DNA of 64,000 nt from the NCBI GenBank assembly GCA_031423155.1, contig JANPEZ010000161.1:13312-77311 (forward strand), in the 5' to 3' direction. Made by a program: the position numbers and the translations under genes. Position 1 is the first letter of the stretch, and each line of letters starts with the position of its first letter. This document shows positions 9,144-17,565 of this stretch, piece after piece. Source of the DNA: Actinomycetes bacterium (GTDB taxonomy: Bacteria; Actinomycetota; UBA4738; HRBIN12). The notes beneath the pieces are model-generated. The model was given only the letters and a program-made list of their open reading frames with translations. It did not search any database and was not told the origin of the DNA.

Positions 9144-9908
9144 ATGGAAACTACGTCTTCAAACAAGGGTGTCGGTAAGGGGCGGCTCATCGCATTCCGC
9201 GTGCTCGCGGTCCTGTCGGCACTCGTCAACATCATCTTCACCATCCCGGGCTTCCTCATCACGTGGTTCGACCACGGCAAAGACTCGATACACCACGTGC
9301 ACCTGGCGACCGGCATCGGCTTCGGGTTATTCCTCGGAGTCGGCCTGCTGTTGAGCGCCTGGAAGCCTGAGAAGTACATCTCCCTCTTCCAGTGTGGGAT
9401 CGCCGTGGCTGCAGCGGGCCTTATCGAGATCGCGTCGAGTGACTTCTTGAGTGGCTTCGCTTTGGTCTACATCGTTGCGATCGCGATCTTGGTTGCGCTG
9501 CACCCGGCGCGCGACGAAGTCTTGAAGCCTCGTACTCCCGACCTTCGGATGGCGGTGCTACCGGTACTGTCCTTCATCCCTGCTGTTGCCTACGGCCTTA
9601 CGCAGTCGAAGCTGCAGAAGAACGGGGTGGCGGTAGATCCTCATGTCGAGCTTCACCACTACTCGGGCATCGCTTGGACGACGATCGGCGCCTCGCTGGC
9701 GGGACTCGGAGCGGCCATGCGCACTCGCGGCTATCGCCTATCCGCCTGGTTCGTAGGCGTCGCCTGGGTGAGTCTCGGAGCCGTCTCTTTGAGGTACCCG
9801 AAGTACCCCAGCGCTCTCGAGTCCGTTTGGGCGTGGGCAGCGCTCGCCTGCGGAGTGGCGTTCGTCTTGATCGCAGAGGCCGTGTCGAGGACCGAGCCGG
9901 CCGGATGA
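9144..9908 (+). CDS. Integral membrane protein (about six TM helices), hypothetical
   Basis: 254-aa ORF with strongly hydrophobic segments. A GGGAGG ribosome-binding site lies upstream. It sits directly after paralog-3 kinase and is probably co-transcribed with it. Confidence 0.6.
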   Translation: METTSSNKGVGKGRLIAFRVLAVLSALVNIIFTIPGFLITWFDHGKDSIHHVHLATGIGFGLFLGVGLLLSAWKPEKYISLFQCGIAVAAAGLIEIASSDFLSGFALVYIVAIAILVALHPARDEVLKPRTPDLRMAVLPVLSFIPAVAYGLTQSKLQKNGVAVDPHVELHHYSGIAWTTIGASLAGLGAAMRTRGYRLSAWFVGVAWVSLGAVSLRYPKYPSALESVWAWAALACGVAFVLIAEAVSRTEPAG

Positions 9909-10105
9909 CAGGTGCGCTTCCGGCTCGCAAGAAGCCGAACCTGTTCCGTCGCGCCGAGCGCGCGATCGTCGGCTTCGGCATGGGCATCGGTGCCTTCTTC
10001 ATCGAGAAGTTGGTCATGCGCTCCATCAAGAAGGGCGGTGGCAAGACCAAGCCCGACCCGGCGACGCAGATGAAGAGCACCGGCGGGGAGATAGAGCACG
10101 ACTAG
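9905..10105 (+). CDS. Small hypothetical protein (66 aa) with one hydrophobic segment
   Basis: The ATG overlaps the stop of the preceding gene (ATGA). Sequence MTGALPARKK...GFGMGIGAFFIEKLVMRSIKKGGG. GC is high at third codon positions. Confidence 0.45.
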   Translation: MTGALPARKKPNLFRRAERAIVGFGMGIGAFFIEKLVMRSIKKGGGKTKPDPATQMKSTGGEIEHD

Positions 10106-10109
10106 CGCT

Positions 10110-12194
10110 CTAGTCGTGCTTGCGGATCAGGTCGACCAGTAGCCCGAACGTCAGCAGCGCGCCGAGCGCGCCCAGCGCACCGGGGATCCACGCTGCCACA
10201 TCCGCTGCGCTGGCCGTCATCGCCGTTCCCAGCAGCGCCGCGCCGGCCGTGATGCCGAGTGACAACCGCCGTCCCGCGCGTCGGATCGTCTCCTCCAGTT
10301 TGGCCGCGCGGAAGTTGACCTCGAGCTTCTGTCCGGGGCGCGCCCCTATGAGCCGTTCGAGCGCTTCGACGACCGAGCGGAAGCGCACCTTCAGCTTCTG
10401 CGACTGGTAGTAGAGGGTCTTGGGGTCGAAGCTGCCCTTGATGCCGCCCATCACACCGCGCATCAGGTACGAGCCCGCGACCTCGAAGGGATCAAGGTCC
10501 GGGTCCAGTTGCGCCGTCGCCAGCTGCATCTGGGCCATCGCCTTCCCGGTGAGCGCGAGCGAAGCCGGAAGCGGCACGTCGTGGCGGATCGAGATCTCGG
10601 TCATCTCCTGAAGGATGGGACCGAGCTGGATGTCCTTCAGAGAGGCCGTCCGGTACTTGGCCATGATCTCGCCGATCTCCTCTTGGAACTTGTCCACGTT
10701 CAGGTCGCTGCGGTCGATCGCGCCGGCCAGCATCAAGGACACGTCGGTCAAGAACCCGACGTCTTGCTGCCAGAACGCCATCAGCAGCAGCATCAGGTGC
10801 TCGCGCATCTCCGGCCCGACCTCACCGACCATCCCGAAATCGAGGAAGTAGATCTTGTCCTTCCACCACATCAGGTTCCCCGGGTGCGGGTCGGCGTGGA
10901 AGAACCCGTCCGTAAGGATCTGCTTGTAGTAGGACTCCAGCAGTTGTCTCGCGGCCTCTTTGCGCTCGGGGCCTTCCGGCGCCTGCGTTATGGGCGCGCC
11001 CTGGATCTCCTCCATCACGAGCAGTCGCGAGGTCGAGATGTCGGTGAAGACGCCGGGTACCGCAAGGTGCGAATAGCCCTCGATGACCCCGCGCATCTTG
11101 CCGATGTTGGAGGCTTCCTGCCGGAAGTCCAACTCGCGGTGAAGCGAGGTCGAAAGGTGCTCGAACACCGCGCCCATGTCGATGACCTGCTTCAGTTCCT
11201 TACGATCGGAGACCTTCTCCGCGAACAGTTCCAGCAGCGCCAGGTCCTGCTCGATGTCCTCGCGCGCGCCGGGCCGCTGCACCTTCACGACGACGCGATC
11301 CCCGTTCGCAAGGGTCGCGCGGTGGACCTCCGCGATCGTCCCGGCCGCCAGCGGTTTGGGATCGATCGACTCGAACACGTCCTCCCACGGAACGCCCAGC
11401 TCCTGTTCCATGACTTTGACGACCTGCTCTTCGGTCAGGGCCGGAACGTGGTCCTGCAAGGTGGCGAGTTCTTCGATGAACTCGGGCGGTAGAAGATCCG
11501 GGCGCGTGGACAGGACCTGGCCGAGCTTGGCGAACGTCGGGCCCAGTTCCTCGAGCGCTTCACGAAGACGCTTGGCCTGGCGTCGGCGGCCGGTCGCGCC
11601 TTCCGCGTCCGGACGGCCGAACAGTTCCTTCAGGCCGTGCTTGGCCATGACGGTTCCGATCCGGGTGCCGCGCGCCATCAGGTGGGGTTCGACTTCGCCG
11701 ACGTCGCTGCCGCGGATCACCGTGGCGGTTCGCGCGGCCGGGCCCTGACCGTCCGCCGCGAAAGTGTTCACGATGATCACCGTGCAACGCGCGTTGTGCG
11801 AGATCCGATTCGGCACGTTGCCCAGCAGGAACTCCTTGCGCCCGGCCATGCCCGCGTTCCCGACGATCAGGACGTCGGCGCTCTCGTCCTCCGTCGCCTG
11901 GACTATCGCCATAGCGGGGTCGTCGTCGACGACGACCTTGGTACGACCGCGCACGCCGGCCAGTTCGAACGCGAACTTCTGAAGCTCGTCCGCGGCGGCG
12001 CCTGCTTGGGTCCTCTCGGCGGCCCCGTACTCGGTGTCCGCCGGGTGAGCGGCCAGGATCACTTGCACTACGAACAGCTCGGCGCCGAATCGCTCGGCGA
12101 AGTCGGCAGCCCACTTCACGGCGCGGTCCGCGGTCTCGGACCGGTCGGTCCCGACCATCACCCGCCGCACGGGGCCTGAGAGAACGTCTTTCAT
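10110..12194 (-). CDS. Fusion protein: UspA domain, then ABC1/UbiB-family atypical kinase, then a C-terminal TM anchor
   Basis: The N-terminus (MKDVLSGPVRRVMVGTDRSETADRAV...LIVGNAGMAG) is a universal stress protein domain. The middle has ABC1 motifs (LGPTFAKLGQVLSTRPDLLPPEFIEEL, AAGTIAEVH, FHADPHPGNL, DFGMVG). The C-terminus is a hydrophobic tail. The start is at MKDVL; the ORF track extends to 12266. Confidence 0.8.
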   Translation of the reverse strand: MKDVLSGPVRRVMVGTDRSETADRAVKWAADFAERFGAELFVVQVILAAHPADTEYGAAERTQAGAAADELQKFAFELAGVRGRTKVVVDDDPAMAIVQATEDESADVLIVGNAGMAGRKEFLLGNVPNRISHNARCTVIIVNTFAADGQGPAARTATVIRGSDVGEVEPHLMARGTRIGTVMAKHGLKELFGRPDAEGATGRRRQAKRLREALEELGPTFAKLGQVLSTRPDLLPPEFIEELATLQDHVPALTEEQVVKVMEQELGVPWEDVFESIDPKPLAAGTIAEVHRATLANGDRVVVKVQRPGAREDIEQDLALLELFAEKVSDRKELKQVIDMGAVFEHLSTSLHRELDFRQEASNIGKMRGVIEGYSHLAVPGVFTDISTSRLLVMEEIQGAPITQAPEGPERKEAARQLLESYYKQILTDGFFHADPHPGNLMWWKDKIYFLDFGMVGEVGPEMREHLMLLLMAFWQQDVGFLTDVSLMLAGAIDRSDLNVDKFQEEIGEIMAKYRTASLKDIQLGPILQEMTEISIRHDVPLPASLALTGKAMAQMQLATAQLDPDLDPFEVAGSYLMRGVMGGIKGSFDPKTLYYQSQKLKVRFRSVVEALERLIGARPGQKLEVNFRAAKLEETIRRAGRRLSLGITAGAALLGTAMTASAADVAAWIPGALGALGALLTFGLLVDLIRKHD

Positions 12195-12291
12195 GCGCGC
12201 ATCATGCCTGATGAAGGGCCACCACGGCGAGGAGGACCGCCAGCGGTTCCGAAGTGGTGCCAGCACCCCCGTTGCTAGACTCGTGCCCGCC

Positions 12292-12363
12292 GCCGGAGTA
12301 GCTCAGGGGTAGAGCAACCGCCTCGTAAGTGGTAGGTCGTGGGTTCGAATCCCACCTCCGGCT
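12292..12363 (+). tRNA. tRNA-Thr (anticodon CGT)
   Basis: A cloverleaf folds by hand: GCCGGAG / GCTC-AGGGGTA-GAGC / ACCGC-CTCGTAA-GTGGT / AGGTC / GTGGG-TTCGAAT-CCCAC / CTCCGGC, discriminator T. The anticodon loop is CT-CGT-AA. CCA is not encoded. Confidence 0.8.
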
Positions 12364-12406
12364 CTCGCGCGCAGCACCCTCCTCGGCTTCGCCCGCATAC
12401 AAGCAG

Positions 12407-12432
12407 AACGGGGCCCCGAAAGAGGCCCCGTT
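12407..12432. terminator. GC-rich hairpin, probable bidirectional terminator between the tRNA-Thr and the convergent lysyl-oxidase gene
   Basis: Inverted repeat AACGGGGCC-ccgaaaga-GGCCCCGTT. Confidence 0.4.
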
Positions 12433-12470
12433 CACCACTACTTATCGTCGTCCGGTTCGTCCCGGTCTAC

Positions 12471-13346
12471 TCAGCGGTTCTGCAGGCCGTCCCCGCACAT
12501 GTCGTCTGTCGGGACCCCGCAGCTGGAGCTCGCGATGATCTCGAACTTGGCGTTCCCCATGCTGTCGCGGGTGATGCGGATGCTCCTCCACGCCATGTTG
12601 TTCGTGTAGTTGCTCTCCACGAACTGCTTGCTCTGGTTGGCGTTCACCACCAGGTAGTAGATCCCCGGAGGAGCTCCCGTGAAGTCCACCTCCATGCCCG
12701 GGAGCGAGTGGTGGTACTGGTCCATCCAGCCGACGGAAACTCCCTGGTACGGAGCCGTGCGGTCGCAGGCCCAGTATGTACGGCCCCCCGTGTTGGAGTG
12801 GTCGTTGTACTTGATCCAGTCGATCAGGCAGAACGTGGTCTTGATCGACTGTGCCTTGCCCAGGTTGTTCACGTACACCTTGCCGAACTTGCCGCCGGTT
12901 CCGTTGTCGGCCGCGTACCGCAGTTCGAACAGGCCCACGTTGCCGATGTGCCAGTGATTGTGCTCTGCGTGGAACTCGAACTGGGTCGTCGCGAGCGAGC
13001 ACGCGATCGACGCCGTGGGGTCACTGGCTCCTCCCACCTTGTTCCAGATGTCCTGGATCGCCGTGGTGGTGCCTCCCTGGTCACCGAGCACAGTCGCTGG
13101 GTGCAGGTGCCAAGGACCGGCGCCCAGGTTGACGATGGCGTTGGACAGCCGAAGGTACTCGCGCTGTTGCGTGTTCTGGATCTGCAGCTGATGCGGTACG
13201 ACCGAGCGTAGATCTGGCAGAAGCCCGCCCGGACAAGAGAACGTAGCGGCCGCTCCGCCGGCGGGTACAGCCTGAGTTACCGCGAACAAGGTGGCCGACA
13301 TCACCCCCACGCTCAAACCGAGCATCCGTGCCCTTCGAAACCTCAT
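12471..13346 (-). CDS. Secreted lysyl-oxidase-family copper amine oxidase
   Basis: Has a signal peptide (MRFRRARMLGLSVGVMSATLFAVTQA) and a GGGGAGGGG ribosome-binding site. The motif FHAEHNHWH matches the LOX copper site (WHSCHQHYH). KTTFCLID and WMDQYHH line up with the lysine and tyrosine that form the LTQ cofactor. The tail NYTNNMAWRSIRIT resembles LOX DYTNNVVRCDIRYT. Confidence 0.65.
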   Translation of the reverse strand: MRFRRARMLGLSVGVMSATLFAVTQAVPAGGAAATFSCPGGLLPDLRSVVPHQLQIQNTQQREYLRLSNAIVNLGAGPWHLHPATVLGDQGGTTTAIQDIWNKVGGASDPTASIACSLATTQFEFHAEHNHWHIGNVGLFELRYAADNGTGGKFGKVYVNNLGKAQSIKTTFCLIDWIKYNDHSNTGGRTYWACDRTAPYQGVSVGWMDQYHHSLPGMEVDFTGAPPGIYYLVVNANQSKQFVESNYTNNMAWRSIRITRDSMGNAKFEIIASSSCGVPTDDMCGDGLQNR

Positions 13347-13608
13347 GAACCCCTCCCCTTCTCCCTAGGTCCGGACGACCTCGCATGTCTATTGGCATGT
13401 CCCCGGGCGGCGCAATGCCATGACAGGTCGTTGCTGGTACCTGGGTTGGACGAAAGGCGTCTATCTCTGAAGCCGCTTCGCGGGATACCATTGGAGTCTT
13501 TTGAACACCATTCAGTTCGGCACCAAACGACTTAACCTCGATCCGGATGCCTGACGCCCCGAGGGTCCCGATCTGCGAGACGCCCCGCTGTTGCTAGAAT
13601 CCGCGGCT

Positions 13609-14259
13609 ATGAAGGCCTCCGGCAAGTTCTTGGCCGCGGTATCGGCTTCCGTGCTGTCATCGCTCATCGGCGCCGGGCACGCCATCGCTCAGGTCAAGAT
13701 CGACCCCTCGACCACTCCGGTGAAGAACAACGGCCCTCTTGGGCCCCTCGGCCCGTTCCCGTCGATCGCGGTCCTGCTGACGGTCCTTGGGGTCGTCACC
13801 GTCGTCTTCCTCGTCTTCATGTACATGAGGTACGCGCCCCGTTTCTCCAGCGACGAGGAGAACTTCAAGGTGGTTCGCGCCGATCGGGTGCGTCCGGGCG
13901 CAGAGCTTCCGCGGAGGTCGGTCGACGTGAGTCAGGCCGTGCCGATGGTGGTCGCGCCTCCCGCCGTTCCTGTCGCCGTGGGCGTTGCCGTAGCCCCGCC
14001 CGCTGCTGTTGCTCTTGCTTCCCCCGCTGCCGTCGTCGCACCGGTTGCCGCCCCCGCCACAGCGGCCGGACCCCCACCTCCAGCCGCCGAGGCTCCGCCG
14101 GCGCCCGCGCGCGAGGAGCGTCCGGAGGTCTCGCTGGACCAGGAGACCTTCGATCAGGTCTTGCAGGAGCTGCTCGACAAGGGCACCTCCCGCCGCGTTG
14201 CCGAGGGTCAAGCCCGGCGAGCCGCGATGATCGCCGCGCGGAAGAAGGCCGGGGGCTAG
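13609..14259 (+). CDS. Pro/Ala-rich membrane-anchored hypothetical protein
   Basis: Signal-like N-terminus, one TM helix (SIAVLLTVLGVVTVVFLVFMYM), then low-complexity PA-rich sequence and a charged tail. Confidence 0.5.
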   Translation: MKASGKFLAAVSASVLSSLIGAGHAIAQVKIDPSTTPVKNNGPLGPLGPFPSIAVLLTVLGVVTVVFLVFMYMRYAPRFSSDEENFKVVRADRVRPGAELPRRSVDVSQAVPMVVAPPAVPVAVGVAVAPPAAVALASPAAVVAPVAAPATAAGPPPPAAEAPPAPAREERPEVSLDQETFDQVLQELLDKGTSRRVAEGQARRAAMIAARKKAGG

Positions 14260-14277
14260 CGCCCCGCCGGCCAAGCC

Positions 14278-15351
14278 ATGGACGCAGCCAAGGTCGACTG
14301 GTCCATGGGCTCATCCTCCGTTCGTCTCGCGGACTGGAACACCGCTATCGACATCGGCCGGCGCGTGGCCGGGTCGGGTCCGGGCGTACCCGCGGTTGAA
14401 CGCGCCCGTATGCGCGAGCACTTCGCCGAGATGGTCCCCGAATCCGAAAGGCTGATCCGCGAGTTCACGGGTCTTTCCTTCGAGGGCTTCAGGGCACGCG
14501 CCTGGGTGATGTCGCGCGGCGAACACGTTCGCGCCAATGTCGGTGCGCTGCAACGACTCATGGAACCTCTGGCCGAGCGCGTGATGGCGGGCAAGACCGG
14601 CCGTGCCGAGGTCCGCCGCAAGGCCCTCGGTATGCAGGTCGGGGGGCTCCTCGGGTACGTGTCGAGAAGGGTTCTGGGTCAGTACGACGCCTTCCTTCCG
14701 CCCGACGACGAGGGGTTGCTCTACTTCGTCGGCCCCAACGTTGCCGAAGCCGAAACCAGATTCGGTCTTCCCCAGCGCGACTTCCGCCTCTGGATCTCGC
14801 TTCACGAGGTGACCCACCGCGTCCAGTTCGGTGGCTCACCGTGGCTCCGGTCCTATCTTCGACAGCTCATCGATACCTACTTCTCAACCGTGAACCTGGA
14901 TTCCAAGCAGTTCGTCCAGCAGCTCAGGCGCGCCGCGGACGAGGTACGCGCCGGCGGCGAATGGCGAGGACCGGGCGCGTTCTTCCTCCTGCTGAGTCCC
15001 GAGCAGCGCGAGTTGTTCTACAAGGTGCAGGCGGTCATGTCGCTGCTCGAAGGTCACGCCTCCTACGTGATGAACGAGGTTGCGCGCGAGCGGGTTCAGG
15101 ATCTCGCGCGGCTGCGCCGCAGCCTCGAGGCCCGCCGCAGGACCTCGGGCATCGAGCGCTCTCTTCAACGCGCGATCGGATTCGAGTCGAAGGTCAAGCA
15201 GTATGACGCCGGTGAGTACTTCGTCAGGACCGTGGTCGACGCGGCTGGGATGCAGACGTTCAACCGCGTTTGGGCCGAAGAGCGCAACCTTCCGAACCTG
15301 GCCGAGATCGCCGACCCCGGCCTTTGGCTCGTGAGGGTCGCCGGGAGCTGA
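14278..15351 (+). CDS. Zinc-dependent metalloprotease-like protein (DUF2342 family, HExxH)
   Basis: HEVTH motif present. This is the conserved actinobacterial gene that sits immediately upstream of tilS, and its stop overlaps the tilS start. Confidence 0.7.
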   Translation: MDAAKVDWSMGSSSVRLADWNTAIDIGRRVAGSGPGVPAVERARMREHFAEMVPESERLIREFTGLSFEGFRARAWVMSRGEHVRANVGALQRLMEPLAERVMAGKTGRAEVRRKALGMQVGGLLGYVSRRVLGQYDAFLPPDDEGLLYFVGPNVAEAETRFGLPQRDFRLWISLHEVTHRVQFGGSPWLRSYLRQLIDTYFSTVNLDSKQFVQQLRRAADEVRAGGEWRGPGAFFLLLSPEQRELFYKVQAVMSLLEGHASYVMNEVARERVQDLARLRRSLEARRRTSGIERSLQRAIGFESKVKQYDAGEYFVRTVVDAAGMQTFNRVWAEERNLPNLAEIADPGLWLVRVAGS

Positions 15352-15353
15352 CG

Positions 15354-16355
15354 ATGCGGCGCCCACCCGCCGTCGCCCGGGTCCTGGAGAGGGTGACTGC
15401 GACCGCCCGGGCCCACGAGATGTTCCTCCCCGGTCAAACGGTCCTGGTCAGCGTCTCGGGCGGGCCGGACTCGGTGACGCTTCTCGAGTCACTCGTCCGG
15501 TTGCGACGGCTGTTCAAGATCCGTCTGGAGGTCTTTCACCTCGATCATCGGCTTAGACCCGATTCGGCGACCGACGCCGCCTATGTGAAGCGGTTGGCCG
15601 GCAGGCACAAGCTCGCGTTCCACGCGCGCATCGCCGAGGGCGCGCCGGCCAAGGGCGAGTCGGTGGAAGCCTGGGCACGGGCGGAGCGCATCGGCGCCGG
15701 CGGGGCCGTGCGCATGGACATCGGGGCAGCGCGGATAGCCGAGGGTCACACCCTCGATGACCAGGCCGAGACGCTGCTGATCGCGCTGATGCGTGGCGGT
15801 GGTCTCGAGGCCCTCGGAGGCATCGAGCCCGTGCTGGGACCCGAGGTCCAGCCCTTGATCGACGTGACCCGCGTAGAGATCGAGGCCTTCTGCCGCGCGA
15901 TGCACCTCAAGCCCCGCCGCGATCCCACCAACCTGGATACCCGCTACCTGCGCAACGCTGTTCGTCTGAAACTGCTTCCGGCAATGGAGAAGGCCTCCGG
16001 CCGCGAGCTCAAGGCATCGATCGCTCGCACGGCCGATCTGCTGAGAGCCGACGAGCACGAGCTTCGCCGTCAGGCTCAAGCCGCCGCCGACGAGGCCTTG
16101 GAAGAGACGCCCGAGGGCGTAGACCTCGCCGCCGCCACACTTCTAGGTGTCGCCCGACCGGTCGCGGCGCGTGTTATCCGGCGGGCGATCTACCTGCTGG
16201 ACGTCCTTCCGACGGCTGAGAGCATCGACGCCGTACTGGATCTGGCGGCCGGGCGGCCGGGCCGGCGACGCGACCTCGTCGGCGGCGCGAAGGCCGATCG
16301 CGGAAGGGTGTATGTTCACCTTGCTCGCCCTTCCCCCGAGAACCCGCGCGACTGA
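15354..16355 (+). CDS. tilS: tRNA(Ile)-lysidine synthetase
   Basis: PP-loop motif SGGPDS, and the position tilS-hpt-ftsH. The ATG overlaps the upstream stop. Confidence 0.85.
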   Translation: MRRPPAVARVLERVTATARAHEMFLPGQTVLVSVSGGPDSVTLLESLVRLRRLFKIRLEVFHLDHRLRPDSATDAAYVKRLAGRHKLAFHARIAEGAPAKGESVEAWARAERIGAGGAVRMDIGAARIAEGHTLDDQAETLLIALMRGGGLEALGGIEPVLGPEVQPLIDVTRVEIEAFCRAMHLKPRRDPTNLDTRYLRNAVRLKLLPAMEKASGRELKASIARTADLLRADEHELRRQAQAAADEALEETPEGVDLAAATLLGVARPVAARVIRRAIYLLDVLPTAESIDAVLDLAAGRPGRRRDLVGGAKADRGRVYVHLARPSPENPRD

Positions 16356-16365
16356 AGGGGCAGGC

Positions 16366-16965
16366 ATGTCACTTACCGAGCAGCACCTCGTCACCATCCC
16401 TACACTGACCGGACACGTGCAGGCTTACGAACCCGACATCGAACGCGTCCTGATCTCCTCGGAAGAGATCCAGTCCAAGCTCGCCGAGATGGGCGAGGCG
16501 ATCACCGCCGACTATCAGGGCAAGGAGCTGCTGCTGATCGGCGTGCTGAAGGGGGCATTCGTCGTGATGGCGGACCTGGCCCGCTACATCCGCCTGCCCC
16601 TCGAGTTCGACTTCATGGCCGTCTCCTCTTACGGTGCGGCTACTAAGACCTCCGGCGTGGTTCGCATCCTGAAGGACCTCGACCATGACCTGGAGGGCCG
16701 CGACGTCCTGCTCGTCGAGGACATCGTCGACTCGGGTCTGACGCTCAACTACCTGCTGAAGAACCTGCGAGGTCGAAAGCCCGCCACTCTCGAGGTTGCT
16801 GCGCTGCTGCAGAAGGTCGATATCCAGATGGTCCCGCTCGACATCCGCTACAAGGGCTTCGAGATCCCGAACGAATTCGTGGTCGGGTACGGCCTCGACT
16901 ATGCGGAGCGGTACCGCAACCTGCCGTACGTGGCGACCCTCAAGCCCAGCGCCTACGGCGGCTGA
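16366..16965 (+). CDS. hpt: Hypoxanthine-guanine phosphoribosyltransferase
   Basis: PRPP-binding motif VLLVEDIVDSGLTL and HPRT-like length. Start is MSLTEQHL. Confidence 0.85.
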   Translation: MSLTEQHLVTIPTLTGHVQAYEPDIERVLISSEEIQSKLAEMGEAITADYQGKELLLIGVLKGAFVVMADLARYIRLPLEFDFMAVSSYGAATKTSGVVRILKDLDHDLEGRDVLLVEDIVDSGLTLNYLLKNLRGRKPATLEVAALLQKVDIQMVPLDIRYKGFEIPNEFVVGYGLDYAERYRNLPYVATLKPSAYGG

Positions 16966-17384
16966 TGAGGGAACGCTCCCAGCGAGCGGGGCGTCCTAGC
17001 CGGGTGTTGAAGCGCTCCGCAGTCGCGATCTTGCTCATAAGCCTCGTCGCCTGCGCCCGCGGGGCTTCCGGTGACGGCGAGAGCGGCATCCAAGGCGAGG
17101 TCACTGTGGGACCGACCTGCCCGGTCCAGATGCAGAACAGCCCCTGTCCCGATGCTCCCTTCGCCGCCACGGTGATCGTCTCCAAGGACGGGACCCGGGT
17201 CGCGACCGCTGAGACCGGCGCCGACGGGAAGTTCCACATCTCGCTGGAGCCGGGGGTCTACGACGTCACCGCCGAACCGCTCGAGGAGGGCGGTATCGCC
17301 AGCCTGAAGCCGCTGCCTCCCGTGACGGTGGCCGAAGGCGCGTACACAGCCGTCACGATCCCTTTCGACAGCGGCATCAGATGA
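16965..17384 (+). CDS. Lipoprotein, hypothetical (inserted between hpt and ftsH)
   Basis: Signal peptide with lipobox LVAC. The ATG overlaps the hpt stop (TGATG). Confidence 0.55.
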   Translation: MRERSQRAGRPSRVLKRSAVAILLISLVACARGASGDGESGIQGEVTVGPTCPVQMQNSPCPDAPFAATVIVSKDGTRVATAETGADGKFHISLEPGVYDVTAEPLEEGGIASLKPLPPVTVAEGAYTAVTIPFDSGIR

Positions 17385-17565
17385 GGCCCCGGAACCCTCT
17401 GTGAGGGTCGGTGCTACCATCGCGTAGGGCCACGAGGAGCCGAAACACGGCACCGCGGCCTCGCCACTTCCGCCGCCCCGACCCCGAGGAGCGCTTCTGA
17501 GCCAGCCGGAAAGCCCCCTGAGACGTATAGCCAAGACCCCGACCTTCTGGATCCTCGGCGGGGTC

